From an uncultured Gammaproteobacteria bacterium (GTDB lineage: Bacteria > Patescibacteriota > Microgenomatia > 2-02-FULL-39-11): a DNA stretch of 64,000 nucleotides. Where the stretch lies: NCBI GenBank assembly GCA_964446235.1, contig CAYUNW010000002.1, forward strand, positions 71,609 to 135,608, in the 5' to 3' direction. Both the position numbers and the translations under genes were made by a program. The notes under the pieces are model-generated. The model was not told the DNA's origin. It made no database searches and saw nothing but the letters and a program-made list of their open reading frames with translations. Positions 9,316 through 19,805 of this stretch are shown in pieces. How positions within the stretch are numbered: position 1 is the stretch's first letter; each line of letters starts with the position of its first letter.

Positions 9316-10804
9316 TATATGAGGTTAGATAATCTAGAAAAAATTTCACACCAAAACCTGATGCTCCTTTTTTCTGATATTGATTATCATTTTCATTAAA
9401 AACAGGTCCAGCTACATCTAAATGAGCCCATGGAGTATCATTGATAAAATAACTTAAAAATAATGCTGCAGTTATAGCGCCACCGTACCTGCCAGTTTGT
9501 ATATTTTTTATATCGGCTATATTACTTTTAAGAAGGTCCATATATTCTTTTTCAAGAGGCATATACCATAATTTTTCTCCAGACATATCCGCACTTTTTT
9601 TAATTCTTTGGACCATTTCTATTTTATTTGACCACAAACCGGCAATTTTATCGCCTAAAGCTACCATACAGGCTCCCGTCAAAGTAGCAACGTCAAATAT
9701 CTCATCTGGTTTATATGTCAAAACAGCATAAGATAATGCGTCCGCTAGAGTTAATCTTCCTTCCGCATCAGTATTTAAAACTTCAATTGATTTTCCTTTA
9801 TACACTTTCACAATATCTCCTGGTCTTAAAGATCTACCTGAAGGCATGTTTTCACACGCTGGAATAATTCCAATTACCTCATGTTGACTGTCTAAACATG
9901 CTAGTGACTGAAATATCGACAATACAATTGCTGCTCCTGCCATGTCAATTTTCATGTTTTCCATATGTTCGGGATTTTTTAAAGATAATCCACCGGTATC
10001 GAAAGTTATTCCTTTACCGGCAATAACAATTTTTTTTAACGGTTTTATGGGTTTATAATGAAGAATTATTAACTTAGGTTCTTGATAACTTCCCTGGCCT
10101 ACTCCCAAAAAAGCGTTCATCCCTAGTTTTTGAATTTGTACTTTATCAAGAACTTTAACTTTGACATTATTTTTTGATTCTTTGGCTATTTTTTCAGCCT
10201 CATTTGCCAAATACGAAGGTGTAGTAACATGCGCTGGTTCATTCACTAGATCCTTTGCGTAATTTACCGACTTTGCAATAAAATAACCTTTTTCAATTCC
10301 GTCATGAATATTTTTTAGAAGCGCAGGCGGCAGGGAAATAAATATTTTTTTTAGATTAAAAGAATCATCATTATTTTCTGTTTTATATCTATCGAATTTA
10401 TATAGTACTGTTTCAGAAATTATTGTGATATTTTTTAATATGGTATCAATCGGGAATTTTTCGTACCATTCTTTAGGTAAATGAACCTCTATAATAAGAT
10501 TTTTATTAACTTCAGTATATAAAATTGCAGATGCAAAAAGCGTATTGATTTCACTTATATTTAAATCTTCTTTTTTACCAATTCCGTATAGTATTATTTT
10601 TTTATTATTTTCATCAAAATTATGATTATAAATTAATGTTTGGTATTTCCGTGCATTAAACTTTTCCCGCTCAATTATAGTTTTTATTTTCTGAAATAAT
10701 TTATCTCCTAATAAAGTTAAAGGTTTAAAATCATCCTGACTTAACAAAAATAACAAAGTATCTGATTTTGTTTTTGATATTTCTGTGGTAACTGAAATTT
10801 CCAT
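9308..10804 (-). CDS. pepA: Leucyl aminopeptidase (M17)
   Basis: 498 aa. M17 signature NTDAEGRLTLADAL, plus GKGITFDTGG. Confidence 0.9.
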   Translation of the reverse strand: MEISVTTEISKTKSDTLLFLLSQDDFKPLTLLGDKLFQKIKTIIEREKFNARKYQTLIYNHNFDENNKKIILYGIGKKEDLNISEINTLFASAILYTEVNKNLIIEVHLPKEWYEKFPIDTILKNITIISETVLYKFDRYKTENNDDSFNLKKIFISLPPALLKNIHDGIEKGYFIAKSVNYAKDLVNEPAHVTTPSYLANEAEKIAKESKNNVKVKVLDKVQIQKLGMNAFLGVGQGSYQEPKLIILHYKPIKPLKKIVIAGKGITFDTGGLSLKNPEHMENMKIDMAGAAIVLSIFQSLACLDSQHEVIGIIPACENMPSGRSLRPGDIVKVYKGKSIEVLNTDAEGRLTLADALSYAVLTYKPDEIFDVATLTGACMVALGDKIAGLWSNKIEMVQRIKKSADMSGEKLWYMPLEKEYMDLLKSNIADIKNIQTGRYGGAITAALFLSYFINDTPWAHLDVAGPVFNENDNQYQKKGASGFGVKFFLDYLTSYND

Positions 10805-10869
10805 ATTTTTGATACAATATTGTTTTATTGACTAGATTAGTTATACAAAATATAATCAGGACAGTCAAC

Positions 10870-10955
10870 GCCGAGGTGGCGGAATTGGCAGACGCGCAGG
10901 TCTCAAAAACCTGTCCCGCTAAAACGGGGTGAGGGTTCGATTCCCTCCTTCGGCA
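10870..10955 (+). tRNA. tRNA-Leu (anticodon CAA), class II with long variable arm
   Basis: Acceptor GCCGAGG/CTTCGGC. Anticodon stem CAGGT/ACCTG with loop CTCAAAA. Variable arm TCCCGCTAAAACGGGGT. T arm GAGGG-TTCGATT-CCCTC. CCA is not encoded. Confidence 0.9.
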
Positions 10956-10963
10956 CTAATGCT

Positions 10964-12289
10964 TTATTCTCTTTTTTTCTCTACTCCGTAAAATCTAATT
11001 CTATCCCCTTTAAATATCAAATCTATTTCGCCCAAAGGACCATTTCTGTGTTTAGCGATTAATAATTTAACTATCTGCTGATCCCAATTTTCCATCTGCA
11101 CATCTTCACGATATAAAAACATAACTACATCTGCATCCTGTTCTATAGCTCCTGACTCCCTCAAATCAGCTAATTGCGGAACTTTACTTCCTCTAGATTC
11201 AACAGCTCTGGATAATTGGGATACAGCTATAACTGGAACCTTCAATTCTCTAGCTAAATTTTTCAGGGATTGTGAGACCAAAGATACTTCCTGAACTCTA
11301 CTGTCAAATTTTCTTCCGGGATCTACAAGCTGAAGATAATCTACAATAACCAATTTCACATTATGATTAACCAATAGTCTTCTGGCTTTTGTTCTGATAT
11401 CAAAAATATTCAAGCCCGGAGAGTCATCTATAAAAAGAGGTGCTTCAGCTAATTCCCCCATTGCTTGAGACAGTTTTGTAAAGTCATCATCTGTTAGTCT
11501 ACCTGTTTTTAACCTCCAAGCATCCACATCTGCTTGTGAAACCAATAGACGATCGACTAATTCCTCTTTACTCATTTCAAGCGAGAATATGCCAACTGTT
11601 TCTTTCAGCTGAACTGATACATACTGGGCAATATTCAAAATAAATGCTGTTTTACCTTGTCCGGGTCTGGCAGCTAATATAAGTAAATTTGAATTTTGCA
11701 TACCGGCTAATTTATTATCAATATCGGTGAAACCGGTAGAAACTCCCCTTAATGCCGATCCTTTTTTATGTAGCTCGTCAAGTCTGTCAAAGCTTTCTGC
11801 AAGCGCTTCTCTTATGGGTATAAAATCACGATGAGATCTTCTTTGAACTATAGAAAGAATTTCCGCTTCGGCATTGTCCAGTATTTCTTTTGCTTCCCTT
11901 TTATCGTCAAAAGATGTTTCAGCAATTTTTGCACTGGTAGAAATAAGTTGCCGCTTAACGTAATAATCGGCAATTATATTGGCATAATGCTCAATATTAG
12001 CACTTGTAGCTACAATATTTGTCAATTCAGATAAATACGCTGATCCCCCTATTTCTTTGAGTTTTCCGTCTTTTTTTATCTGTGCTGTAACAGTAACTAG
12101 ATCTATAGGTTCATGTTTCTCAAAAAGCGTTACAATAGCATTATAAATATTCTTATTTGCATTTGTATAAAAATGGTCCGGTTTAAGAAAGTCAATAACT
12201 TCAGCAATAGCATCTTTATCAATTAATATTGCTCCGATTACTGACGCCTCGACATCTTTGTCGTGAGGTGGAATTCGTGCTTGCGGCAT
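10964..12289 (-). CDS. dnaB: Replicative DNA helicase DnaB
   Basis: 441 aa. N-terminal PPHDKDVEASVIGAIL, Walker A ARPGQGKTAF, and C-terminal RecA-like fold motifs. Confidence 0.95.
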   Translation of the reverse strand: MPQARIPPHDKDVEASVIGAILIDKDAIAEVIDFLKPDHFYTNANKNIYNAIVTLFEKHEPIDLVTVTAQIKKDGKLKEIGGSAYLSELTNIVATSANIEHYANIIADYYVKRQLISTSAKIAETSFDDKREAKEILDNAEAEILSIVQRRSHRDFIPIREALAESFDRLDELHKKGSALRGVSTGFTDIDNKLAGMQNSNLLILAARPGQGKTAFILNIAQYVSVQLKETVGIFSLEMSKEELVDRLLVSQADVDAWRLKTGRLTDDDFTKLSQAMGELAEAPLFIDDSPGLNIFDIRTKARRLLVNHNVKLVIVDYLQLVDPGRKFDSRVQEVSLVSQSLKNLARELKVPVIAVSQLSRAVESRGSKVPQLADLRESGAIEQDADVVMFLYREDVQMENWDQQIVKLLIAKHRNGPLGEIDLIFKGDRIRFYGVEKKRE

Positions 12290-12295
12290 ATAAAA

Positions 12296-12940
12296 TTACT
12301 CAATGTTATAAATTGTGGTTTCTACAGGTAGATTTTCCCGGGTAAAAGAAAATTTACTACCTGTAACTATTTTATCGTTAGGGAATTCTTTAAAAAAATC
12401 GTCTTTGGAAAACAAATCGGAAAAGACATCTTTGTTTAATTCAGCATTTTGATGATGCATCGGAATCACAACTGGTGGTTCAATATTTTTGATTAATTCT
12501 ACAGCTTCTTTAATCCCTAAGGTGAAATGACCTCCTATAGGGACGAATAATATATCAATTCCGTCAAGGGCTTCTATAGATTTTTCATTTAAAATATGAC
12601 CTAAATCACCTAAATGAACAATATTCAGCCGATCAATTTCATAGTGATATATCGTATTAAGACCTCTGTCTTTTCCCTCGGAATTATCATGATAGGATTT
12701 GATACCAATAATTCTAGTACCTCCAATTTCGTATTCACCTGGGGCATAAATAATGAATGGATTCTCTTCGATTAATTCTATGAAATTATGATCACGATGC
12801 TGGTGTGATATGGTAACTATATCTGCTTTCTGTTTTTGGTATTTAATTCCGACATATTTTGGGTCAAAAGGATCAGTAATTATTGTAATTTTTTTACCTT
12901 TTAGTTTAAATGATGAATGTCCAATTTTGGTAATATCCAT
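12296..12940 (-). CDS. Metallo-beta-lactamase fold hydrolase (UPF0173-like)
   Basis: ISHQHRDH metal-binding motif. I prefer the ATG at 12940 (MDITKIGHSSFKL) over the track start at 12994. Confidence 0.75.
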   Translation of the reverse strand: MDITKIGHSSFKLKGKKITIITDPFDPKYVGIKYQKQKADIVTISHQHRDHNFIELIEENPFIIYAPGEYEIGGTRIIGIKSYHDNSEGKDRGLNTIYHYEIDRLNIVHLGDLGHILNEKSIEALDGIDILFVPIGGHFTLGIKEAVELIKNIEPPVVIPMHHQNAELNKDVFSDLFSKDDFFKEFPNDKIVTGSKFSFTRENLPVETTIYNIE

Positions 12941-12994
12941 AGTTGAATTATAATTAAGTATTGTATTTTTATCACTTTTAGCTAATCTTGACAA

Positions 12995-13453
12995 GTGTCA
13001 AACAGAGGCTATATCATGGTCAGTATGAAATCAGATAACATAATCGCGGTTGCCGGAGGTTTTTTGTTCGGAGCAGTATCGGCAATTTTACTCGTAAATT
13101 CTACAAATATTATCAATTATTTTAAAAAATCCGAAACATCAAAATCACTACCTATTCCGACAACCACTGAAAATAAAAACGTTTTATCACTTTTAACAAT
13201 TACTGAACCTCCTAATAATTCTATTCTAGCTAGCTCCAGCGCTCAAATTTCAGGAAAATCAAGAATTGGAGATAAAATCATATTGGAAACGGAAGAAGAT
13301 ATTTATTATGGCAAAACAGACAATGACGGTAAATTTAATATAAGTGTGAAATTAATTGAAGGATTAAATAAAATAAATATTTTTTCATATGCCCAGAATG
13401 TTGATACAGAAACGCAAAAAATTAATTTATTTTATACTGCTGAAAAAATATGA
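12995..13453 (+). CDS. Membrane-anchored hypothetical protein
   Basis: 152 aa. One N-terminal TM helix followed by a beta-rich region. The track start is GTG; the ATG at 13016 is an alternative. Confidence 0.5.
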   Translation: MSNRGYIMVSMKSDNIIAVAGGFLFGAVSAILLVNSTNIINYFKKSETSKSLPIPTTTENKNVLSLLTITEPPNNSILASSSAQISGKSRIGDKIILETEEDIYYGKTDNDGKFNISVKLIEGLNKINIFSYAQNVDTETQKINLFYTAEKI

Positions 13454-14217
13454 TGAGTTATAAAAAATATATATTACTTTTTATAATTACGTTATCGATT
13501 TGTTTTTTAAGTTTGTTGCTTAATCCTTTTCTAATTATCGCCCAGTCAACCCCCAGCGCTACCATCAGTACAAACAATAACGATATGATTGATAAAATAA
13601 AACAGATTGAAAACCTTAAAGAGAAAATCGCTACCAAGGTTGCAGAAATTAGGAAAAGTGAAATTATGCTTGTAACAGGAAATATAAATAAAATAAATGA
13701 TAATGAAATACAATTAGAAACAGAAAAAGGTGTAAAAACTATATTTGTAGGAGAGGACAGTAATATTTATGAAATAACAGGTAATTCCAAGAAAAATCTA
13801 AACCAAAAAGATTTATCCCCTGGAACAGAAATTTCGGTTTTAGGTTATCAATCAGACGATAACTCTACCCTTTCTGCAAAGTTTGTCTATATCTACGATA
13901 ATAAAATAAGGTTAAACGGTAAAATACTCAATATTGATAAAGATAATTTTACACTGACAGTGAAAACTAAAGACGGAGAATATGAACTGAACTTCGAAAG
14001 ATCCTCTAAGGCCAATCTTATAAATAAAACTGATACAGTAGAAAAAAGCGGATTTTCAAAAATAAAAGTCCAGGACTTCATACACGCATATTGCCAAAAA
14101 AACGAAACAGAAAATTCCTACTCAATCATCAAGTTACTGCATTTTAATTTCGATTCAGCACAATCAACTGTTTCTGCCAAAAATTCTTCTCCATCAGCTA
14201 CCGTCAAACCAACTTAA
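13450..14217 (+). CDS. Secreted hypothetical protein
   Basis: 255 aa with an N-terminal signal-like helix. Its start overlaps the upstream stop (ATGA). Confidence 0.5.
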   Translation: MMSYKKYILLFIITLSICFLSLLLNPFLIIAQSTPSATISTNNNDMIDKIKQIENLKEKIATKVAEIRKSEIMLVTGNINKINDNEIQLETEKGVKTIFVGEDSNIYEITGNSKKNLNQKDLSPGTEISVLGYQSDDNSTLSAKFVYIYDNKIRLNGKILNIDKDNFTLTVKTKDGEYELNFERSSKANLINKTDTVEKSGFSKIKVQDFIHAYCQKNETENSYSIIKLLHFNFDSAQSTVSAKNSSPSATVKPT

Positions 14218-15293
14218 TGAACAGTGTAATCAATAACTTATTTTCAAGATTAAAAAAAAACCGCAGTATTCAGAAATCAGCTTTTTTCGTTTCATCAAAA
14301 TATAACGTAAATTATATTATTAATTCTTCATCCAACACTATTAAGAATCGAGAAGTATTTCTGATAATAACTTTCAAAAAAATATTTTACCTATATTCCA
14401 GTCTTATAAAACCGGATGATAATTTATCTGAATTATTAAAATTAGAAATGGTTAAATTTTCAACATATGAAGATTTAATAAGCAAAATTAAGATAATTAT
14501 ATTTCAAAATAGAATTTCAACTCTATTTTTTGAAAATTATGATTTAAAAGTCATTGAATTCACAAGAATCCAATCCAGAGTGAAAATTGAATGCAAACCA
14601 GTTAATACACTTTTCGAGCAAATAAGATCTCTCAAAAACGAAAACGAAATAAATAACATAAAAAAAGCCTGTCATCTTGCAGATAAAGCAATGTTTTTTG
14701 CCGCAACAAAATTCAAAACAGGAATTACCGAAATTTCACTAAAAAATCAAATCGCAGATCATATATCAAAACAAAATTGCGAATTAGCTTTCGATACAAT
14801 AGTGTCTTTTGGTAAAAACACTGCCATTCCACATCATCAATCAGATAATAATTCATTACAAAAGAAAGATATCATTCTTATAGATTTAGGAGTCAAATTC
14901 AATAATTATTGCTCTGATATTACACGAGTTTTTTTTCATCATAATACCGAAACTACCATAAGAAAAATTTATGATTTTGTTCATAATGCCCAAAAAATTG
15001 CTCTTAAAATGCTTAAACCGGGAATAAATGGAAAAGATGTAGATAAAAAAATTCAAAAATTTATAAGAAATACAGGTAATATCCCCTATTCACATGGATT
15101 GGGCCATGGTCTGGGACTGGAAATTCATGAGTTACCGAAATTACATAGAAAATATAATTATTTTTTATCTAAAAATAACGTTATTACTATCGAACCAGGT
15201 ATTTATATCCCCTACTGTTTCGGTGTACGGCTAGAAGACACAGTTTTGGTTACTGATAATGGTTATGATAGTCTTACAAGTTTCTCTAAATAA
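14217..15293 (+). CDS. M24-family Xaa-Pro aminopeptidase
   Basis: 358 aa. HGLGHGLGLEIHE and the DLG...D metal ligands of the pita-bread fold. Confidence 0.85.
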   Translation: MNSVINNLFSRLKKNRSIQKSAFFVSSKYNVNYIINSSSNTIKNREVFLIITFKKIFYLYSSLIKPDDNLSELLKLEMVKFSTYEDLISKIKIIIFQNRISTLFFENYDLKVIEFTRIQSRVKIECKPVNTLFEQIRSLKNENEINNIKKACHLADKAMFFAATKFKTGITEISLKNQIADHISKQNCELAFDTIVSFGKNTAIPHHQSDNNSLQKKDIILIDLGVKFNNYCSDITRVFFHHNTETTIRKIYDFVHNAQKIALKMLKPGINGKDVDKKIQKFIRNTGNIPYSHGLGHGLGLEIHELPKLHRKYNYFLSKNNVITIEPGIYIPYCFGVRLEDTVLVTDNGYDSLTSFSK

Positions 15294-15370
15294 ATTGTAA
15301 TAATAAATGACGATTCTATCTAGATTTTTTATCTTGTACTAAATTCTAATTATTGTTAATATCAATTAAT

Positions 15371-16672
15371 ATGCTGACAGTAAAAAAACTACCGGGATTC
15401 AGAGACTTTTTTACACAAGATATTCAAGTTAGGGAATTTGTAATAAGTACTTTCAAAAAAATATTTGAAAAGTACGGTTATGAACCACTGGAAACCCCTG
15501 CATTGGAATATGCCAGTATATTTTCCAGTGAATCGGGACAGGAAGCAGAAAAATTATTTTTTAAATTTAAAGATCAGGGCAATAGAGATATTATGCTTAA
15601 ATATGAAGTGATGATCTCCATGTGCAGAGCTGTTGCTGAAAATTTCAATAATATTCAATTTCCCTTTAAAAGATATCAAGTTCAACCCGTATGGAGAGCT
15701 GAAAGACCCCAAAAAGGCCGTTTCAGGGAATTCACCCAGTGTGATGCTGATACTATCGGGAGTTCATCAGTTATATGGGATGCCGAATTCATTCAAATGG
15801 GAATTGAAGCTTTAGAAAAATTAAATTTTAATAAATTTAAAGTTAATATTTCTAACAGAAAATTTCTAAACGGTTTAATAATCTATGCCGGAGCTGAACA
15901 AAAAGATTTTATTCCTATTTGTATGAGCATAGATAAACTTCCGAAAATCGGAAAAGAAGCTGTTTATGATGAATTAATAAATAAAAAAAATATTTCAAAA
16001 AATATTGTTAATAAAATACTTGACGCAATATCTTATCAGGAAGAATTCAAAAAACTTTTAGTTCAATATAAGAAAATTATGTCAAATATTGATATTGCTA
16101 TAACCGGTCTAAATGAACTTGAAATAATCTATAAATATCTTAAATTATTAAATATAGATGAAGAGAAATATTGTTTTGCTCCTTATATCGCTAGAGGATT
16201 AGCCTATTATACCGGCCCTGTCTGGGAATTCGAGATAACTGACGGACAGGTTGGATCCATTGCCGGATGCGGGCGATATGATGATACGATTGGTCATTTT
16301 TTAGGTAAAAAAATTCCCGCAACCGGTGGTTCTTTTGGTATCGAAAGAATCGTTCAAATAATTCAGGATAGAAATATGTATAATATCCAAACCTCCAAAA
16401 CTAAAATTCTGGTAACTATCTTTAATCCGGACTTATTTGACTATTCAATAAAAATTGCTGATTACTTACGAAAAAATCAAATAAATACAATGCTTTATTC
16501 GGACCCTGATAAATTAGATAAACAATTAAAATATGCGGATAAAAAAGGTATTCCGTATGTCATTATTGCCGGACCAAATGAATATCAAAACAACACAATA
16601 CTTCTTAAACATCTTCCATCTAAAATACAATTTGAATCCAGGATAGAAGACATATTGTCTAAAATAAAATAA
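15371..16672 (+). CDS. hisS: Histidine--tRNA ligase
   Basis: LPGFRDF, RYQVQPVWRAERPQKGRFREFTQCDAD and GGSFGIERI motifs. I prefer the ATG at 15371 over the TTG at 15353. Confidence 0.9.
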   Translation: MLTVKKLPGFRDFFTQDIQVREFVISTFKKIFEKYGYEPLETPALEYASIFSSESGQEAEKLFFKFKDQGNRDIMLKYEVMISMCRAVAENFNNIQFPFKRYQVQPVWRAERPQKGRFREFTQCDADTIGSSSVIWDAEFIQMGIEALEKLNFNKFKVNISNRKFLNGLIIYAGAEQKDFIPICMSIDKLPKIGKEAVYDELINKKNISKNIVNKILDAISYQEEFKKLLVQYKKIMSNIDIAITGLNELEIIYKYLKLLNIDEEKYCFAPYIARGLAYYTGPVWEFEITDGQVGSIAGCGRYDDTIGHFLGKKIPATGGSFGIERIVQIIQDRNMYNIQTSKTKILVTIFNPDLFDYSIKIADYLRKNQINTMLYSDPDKLDKQLKYADKKGIPYVIIAGPNEYQNNTILLKHLPSKIQFESRIEDILSKIK

Positions 16673-16680
16673 CTAGCAAA

Positions 16681-17592
16681 ATGAAATCCCTGCCTAAACA
16701 CAATAAAGCGATATTTGCATTGATTATTGCTAATATAATTTGGGGCTTTGCACCGCCAATTTTTAAATTATCATTAGAAAATATCCCTCTTTTTACATTA
16801 GCTTTTTTAAGATTTTATTTTGCTTCAATTTTGCTACTTCCGTTTACATCCATATCAAAAACATTACCAAAAAAAGACTTAATGCTTTTTTTACTTACCG
16901 GATTTTGTGGAATATTTCTTTCGATAGTATTTTTTTTCCTTGGCTTAAAATATGCTCCCGCCATTAATGCAAGTATTATCGCTTCATCAGCTCCAATTTT
17001 TTTATATGCCTTTTCAATATTTATTCTAAAAGAAAAAAATAATCCCAAGGTCATTATAGGCATGTTTATTAGTTTATTTGGTGTTTTAATAATTATTGGA
17101 CAACCCTTATTTCAAGCCTTTAAATGGTCAGAAATAATCGGAAATATCTTTTTTTTACTAGCAATGCTTACAAACTTAATACATTCAATATTAAGTAAGA
17201 AACTTACTATAAAATATCTACCTCGTAATATAACTTATTGGAGTTTCCTCATCGGAAGTTTTTTCTACCTTCCTTTCTTCATATACGAATTTTATACTTA
17301 TAATCCATTTTTAAATATTGATAATAGAGGTATCACAGGATTGATTTTTGGGATTTTCTTGTCAAGTGCATTAGCTTACTATCTATTTGAGTACGGCATA
17401 GAAAAAATTAAATTAAGTGAAATAGGACTATTTTCATATATAGATCCTATTACTGCAACTATTGCTGCAATGTTAATACTGGGAGAAAAAATTACAGGTA
17501 TTTTTATATTAGGTAGTATTTTCGTATTCAGTGGTATTTATATTGCCGAAGGCAGAATTCATTACCATCCGCTTCACAAGCTGAAAATATAA
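16681..17592 (+). CDS. DMT/EamA-family transporter
   Basis: 303 aa, 10 TM helices arranged as two EamA-like halves. Confidence 0.75.
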   Translation: MKSLPKHNKAIFALIIANIIWGFAPPIFKLSLENIPLFTLAFLRFYFASILLLPFTSISKTLPKKDLMLFLLTGFCGIFLSIVFFFLGLKYAPAINASIIASSAPIFLYAFSIFILKEKNNPKVIIGMFISLFGVLIIIGQPLFQAFKWSEIIGNIFFLLAMLTNLIHSILSKKLTIKYLPRNITYWSFLIGSFFYLPFFIYEFYTYNPFLNIDNRGITGLIFGIFLSSALAYYLFEYGIEKIKLSEIGLFSYIDPITATIAAMLILGEKITGIFILGSIFVFSGIYIAEGRIHYHPLHKLKI

Positions 17593-17613
17593 TGTTATAA
17601 TCCATAAATTGTT

Positions 17614-17919
17614 ATGAAAAAAGATATTCATCCAAAATATTATAGTCAAACACAAGTTCTATGCGCTTGTGGTAATATGTTTACAGTAGGGTCTACCAAA
17701 CCGGAAATTAAAGTTGAAATATGTCATAAATGCCACCCCTTTTTCACTGGTGAAATGAAGTTTGTAGATACATTAGGTAGAGTTGAAAGATTCCAGGCAA
17801 AACAAAAAAAAGCAGAATCAATGAAAGAAACTCTTACTGTTGCAAAAAAGAAAAAACAGGTCGTAAAAGAAGAAATAAAACGACCTAGAACATTACGGGA
17901 AATGCTCCAAAATCTATAG
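17614..17919 (+). CDS. rpmE: 50S ribosomal protein L31 with basic C-terminal extension
   Basis: MKKDIHPKY start. CxC...CxxC zinc-type motif (CACGN...[10 protein letters not shown]). Confidence 0.9.
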   Translation: MKKDIHPKYYSQTQVLCACGNMFTVGSTKPEIKVEICHKCHPFFTGEMKFVDTLGRVERFQAKQKKAESMKETLTVAKKKKQVVKEEIKRPRTLREMLQNL

Positions 17920-17942
17920 AATTTAAAAATATCCTCTAAATT

Positions 17943-18635
17943 ATGCAAGGAAACAATGTAATAATTGAAATCAATCAAGGTACGGGAGGTGACGAAGCTA
18001 AACTTTGGACTCAAGACTTATCAAGAATGTACCTAAGATTTGCTCAAAAAAACAAATTTAAAGTTGAACTGTATGGTGACAACATCTTAAGAATTTCAGG
18101 TAATAATGCATATTCGTGCTTTTTCAAAGAAACAGGGGTCCACCGGGTTCAAAGGATACCCAAAACAGAAAGATACGGCAGGATACATACGTCAACTGCT
18201 ATTGTTGCCGTACTTCCGGAAATAACCGAACAACAGATATATATAAATCCCTCCGATCTGGAATGGGAATTTTACAGAAGCGGCGGTAAGGGAGGTCAAA
18301 ACGTAAATAAAGTTTCTACTGCTGTTCGAGTTCGTCATAAACCAAGCGGCATTATCGCATCGTCGCAAAGTGAAAGACAACAGGAACAAAACCGAAAGAT
18401 TGCTCTTTCAATTCTAAGAAGTAAACTATGGGAAATTGAAGAAGAAAAAAAACTTCTTGCTCAATCCCAATTCAGAAATCAGGCTGGCAGAGGAATGAGA
18501 GCTGAAAAAATAAGAACTTATAATTTTCCACAAAACAGACTGACGGATCATCGGATAAATAAAAGCTGGCATAATTTGGATGATATTATGGAAGGAAATC
18601 TTGAAAAAGTTATGAAAGCAATGGTAAATCAATAA
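17943..18635 (+). CDS. prfA: Peptide chain release factor, RF1-type, lacking N-terminal domain 1
   Basis: 230 aa. Starts at the domain-2 segment NQGTGGDEAKLW. Has the RF1-like tripeptide in HRVQRIPKTERYGRIHTS and the GGQ motif SGGKGGQNVNKVSTAVR. Confidence 0.75.
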   Translation: MQGNNVIIEINQGTGGDEAKLWTQDLSRMYLRFAQKNKFKVELYGDNILRISGNNAYSCFFKETGVHRVQRIPKTERYGRIHTSTAIVAVLPEITEQQIYINPSDLEWEFYRSGGKGGQNVNKVSTAVRVRHKPSGIIASSQSERQQEQNRKIALSILRSKLWEIEEEKKLLAQSQFRNQAGRGMRAEKIRTYNFPQNRLTDHRINKSWHNLDDIMEGNLEKVMKAMVNQ

Positions 18636-18640
18636 GTTTT

Positions 18641-19804
18641 TTATTCCTGATCGTACTCCCCTATTGTGATGTTAACAGTTTTTATATCACCGTCTCTCCA
18701 AATTTCAATACTTACTTTATCCCCGACTTTTTTTGATGCAATTATTTTTGCTAAACCTTGATCATTATCGGTTAACTTTTGATTGTCAATCTTGACAATT
18801 ATATCTCCATCTACAATACCGCCTTTGTCTGCAGGAGAATCTGTAATCACTTCCTGTACATAAGCCCCTTCTGGAACTTCATTTAAAAGAGCTAAATCTC
18901 TTGTAATCATTTTATACCTGACACCCAAATAAGGTCTTTCGAATTTCCCTGATTTCCCAAACTGATCAAGGGATTCTTTGACAATGTTTATCGGCAGGGC
19001 AAATCCAATATTTTGACCTTCGGAAGATACAGCTGTATTAATTCCTATTACCTGACCGGATGAATTCAAAAGCGGACCACCCGAATTACCCGGGTTTATA
19101 GCTGCATCTGTTTGTATAACATTATCAAGTCTTTCAACGTAACCTTCAAAAGGACTACCTGCAGTAATCCCTCTTCCCATACCTGAAATCACACCAACAG
19201 TGACCGTATTTCTAAATTCTCCTAAAGCAGTCCCAATAGCAATTGCCATTTGGCCTACTTTAAGCTTAGATGAATCTCCTAGATCTACTGGTTTTAAGTT
19301 TGTCTCATTTATTTTTATAATTGCCAAATCATTTACTGGATCACGAAATATTTTTTGAACTTCATAAGTTTTATCGTCTTTTGTTATAACTTTATATTTG
19401 GCTTGAACATCTGAAACAACGTGTTTATTGGTAACAATCATTCCATCCTGGGAAACTACAAAACCTGTTCCAATATCTTGTTCAATTTTTTGGGTAGATC
19501 TGGGAGTATCATTAAATATATCAAAAGGATCAAACGGGTTTAAGCCAAACGGATTTGCAGAAATCCTGTTAGTACTTATAGATACCGTCACCACACTTGG
19601 TGAAACTTTTTCTACTACATCGATAATAACAGATTCTTCTTCAATGATTTGTACTTTATCTTGAGGTAATTCTAATTTGGAATCTGATTGTTTTTGTTTA
19701 AATATATTTGTTAAAAAATCGGTGTTGAATTTAATGTTATTGTTTGAATATCCTATGGAGAAAAAAATTATAAGTAAAATAATAAGTATAAATATTCTTT
19801 TCAT
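18641..19804 (-). CDS. HtrA/DegP-family serine protease with PDZ domain
   Basis: 387 aa with a signal anchor. TNKHV (His), DLAIIKI (Asp) and GNSGGPL (Ser) catalytic motifs, plus a C-terminal PDZ domain. Confidence 0.9.
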   Translation of the reverse strand: MKRIFILIILLIIFFSIGYSNNNIKFNTDFLTNIFKQKQSDSKLELPQDKVQIIEEESVIIDVVEKVSPSVVTVSISTNRISANPFGLNPFDPFDIFNDTPRSTQKIEQDIGTGFVVSQDGMIVTNKHVVSDVQAKYKVITKDDKTYEVQKIFRDPVNDLAIIKINETNLKPVDLGDSSKLKVGQMAIAIGTALGEFRNTVTVGVISGMGRGITAGSPFEGYVERLDNVIQTDAAINPGNSGGPLLNSSGQVIGINTAVSSEGQNIGFALPINIVKESLDQFGKSGKFERPYLGVRYKMITRDLALLNEVPEGAYVQEVITDSPADKGGIVDGDIIVKIDNQKLTDNDQGLAKIIASKKVGDKVSIEIWRDGDIKTVNITIGEYDQE

Positions 19805-19805
19805 C

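Noticed and set aside
17943-18635. Alternative genetic code (UGA reassignment) suggested by the odd release factor
   Set aside because: TGA terminates well-supported genes here (for example at 13451-13453 and 45417-45419). Long conserved CDS contain no in-frame TGA under the standard code.
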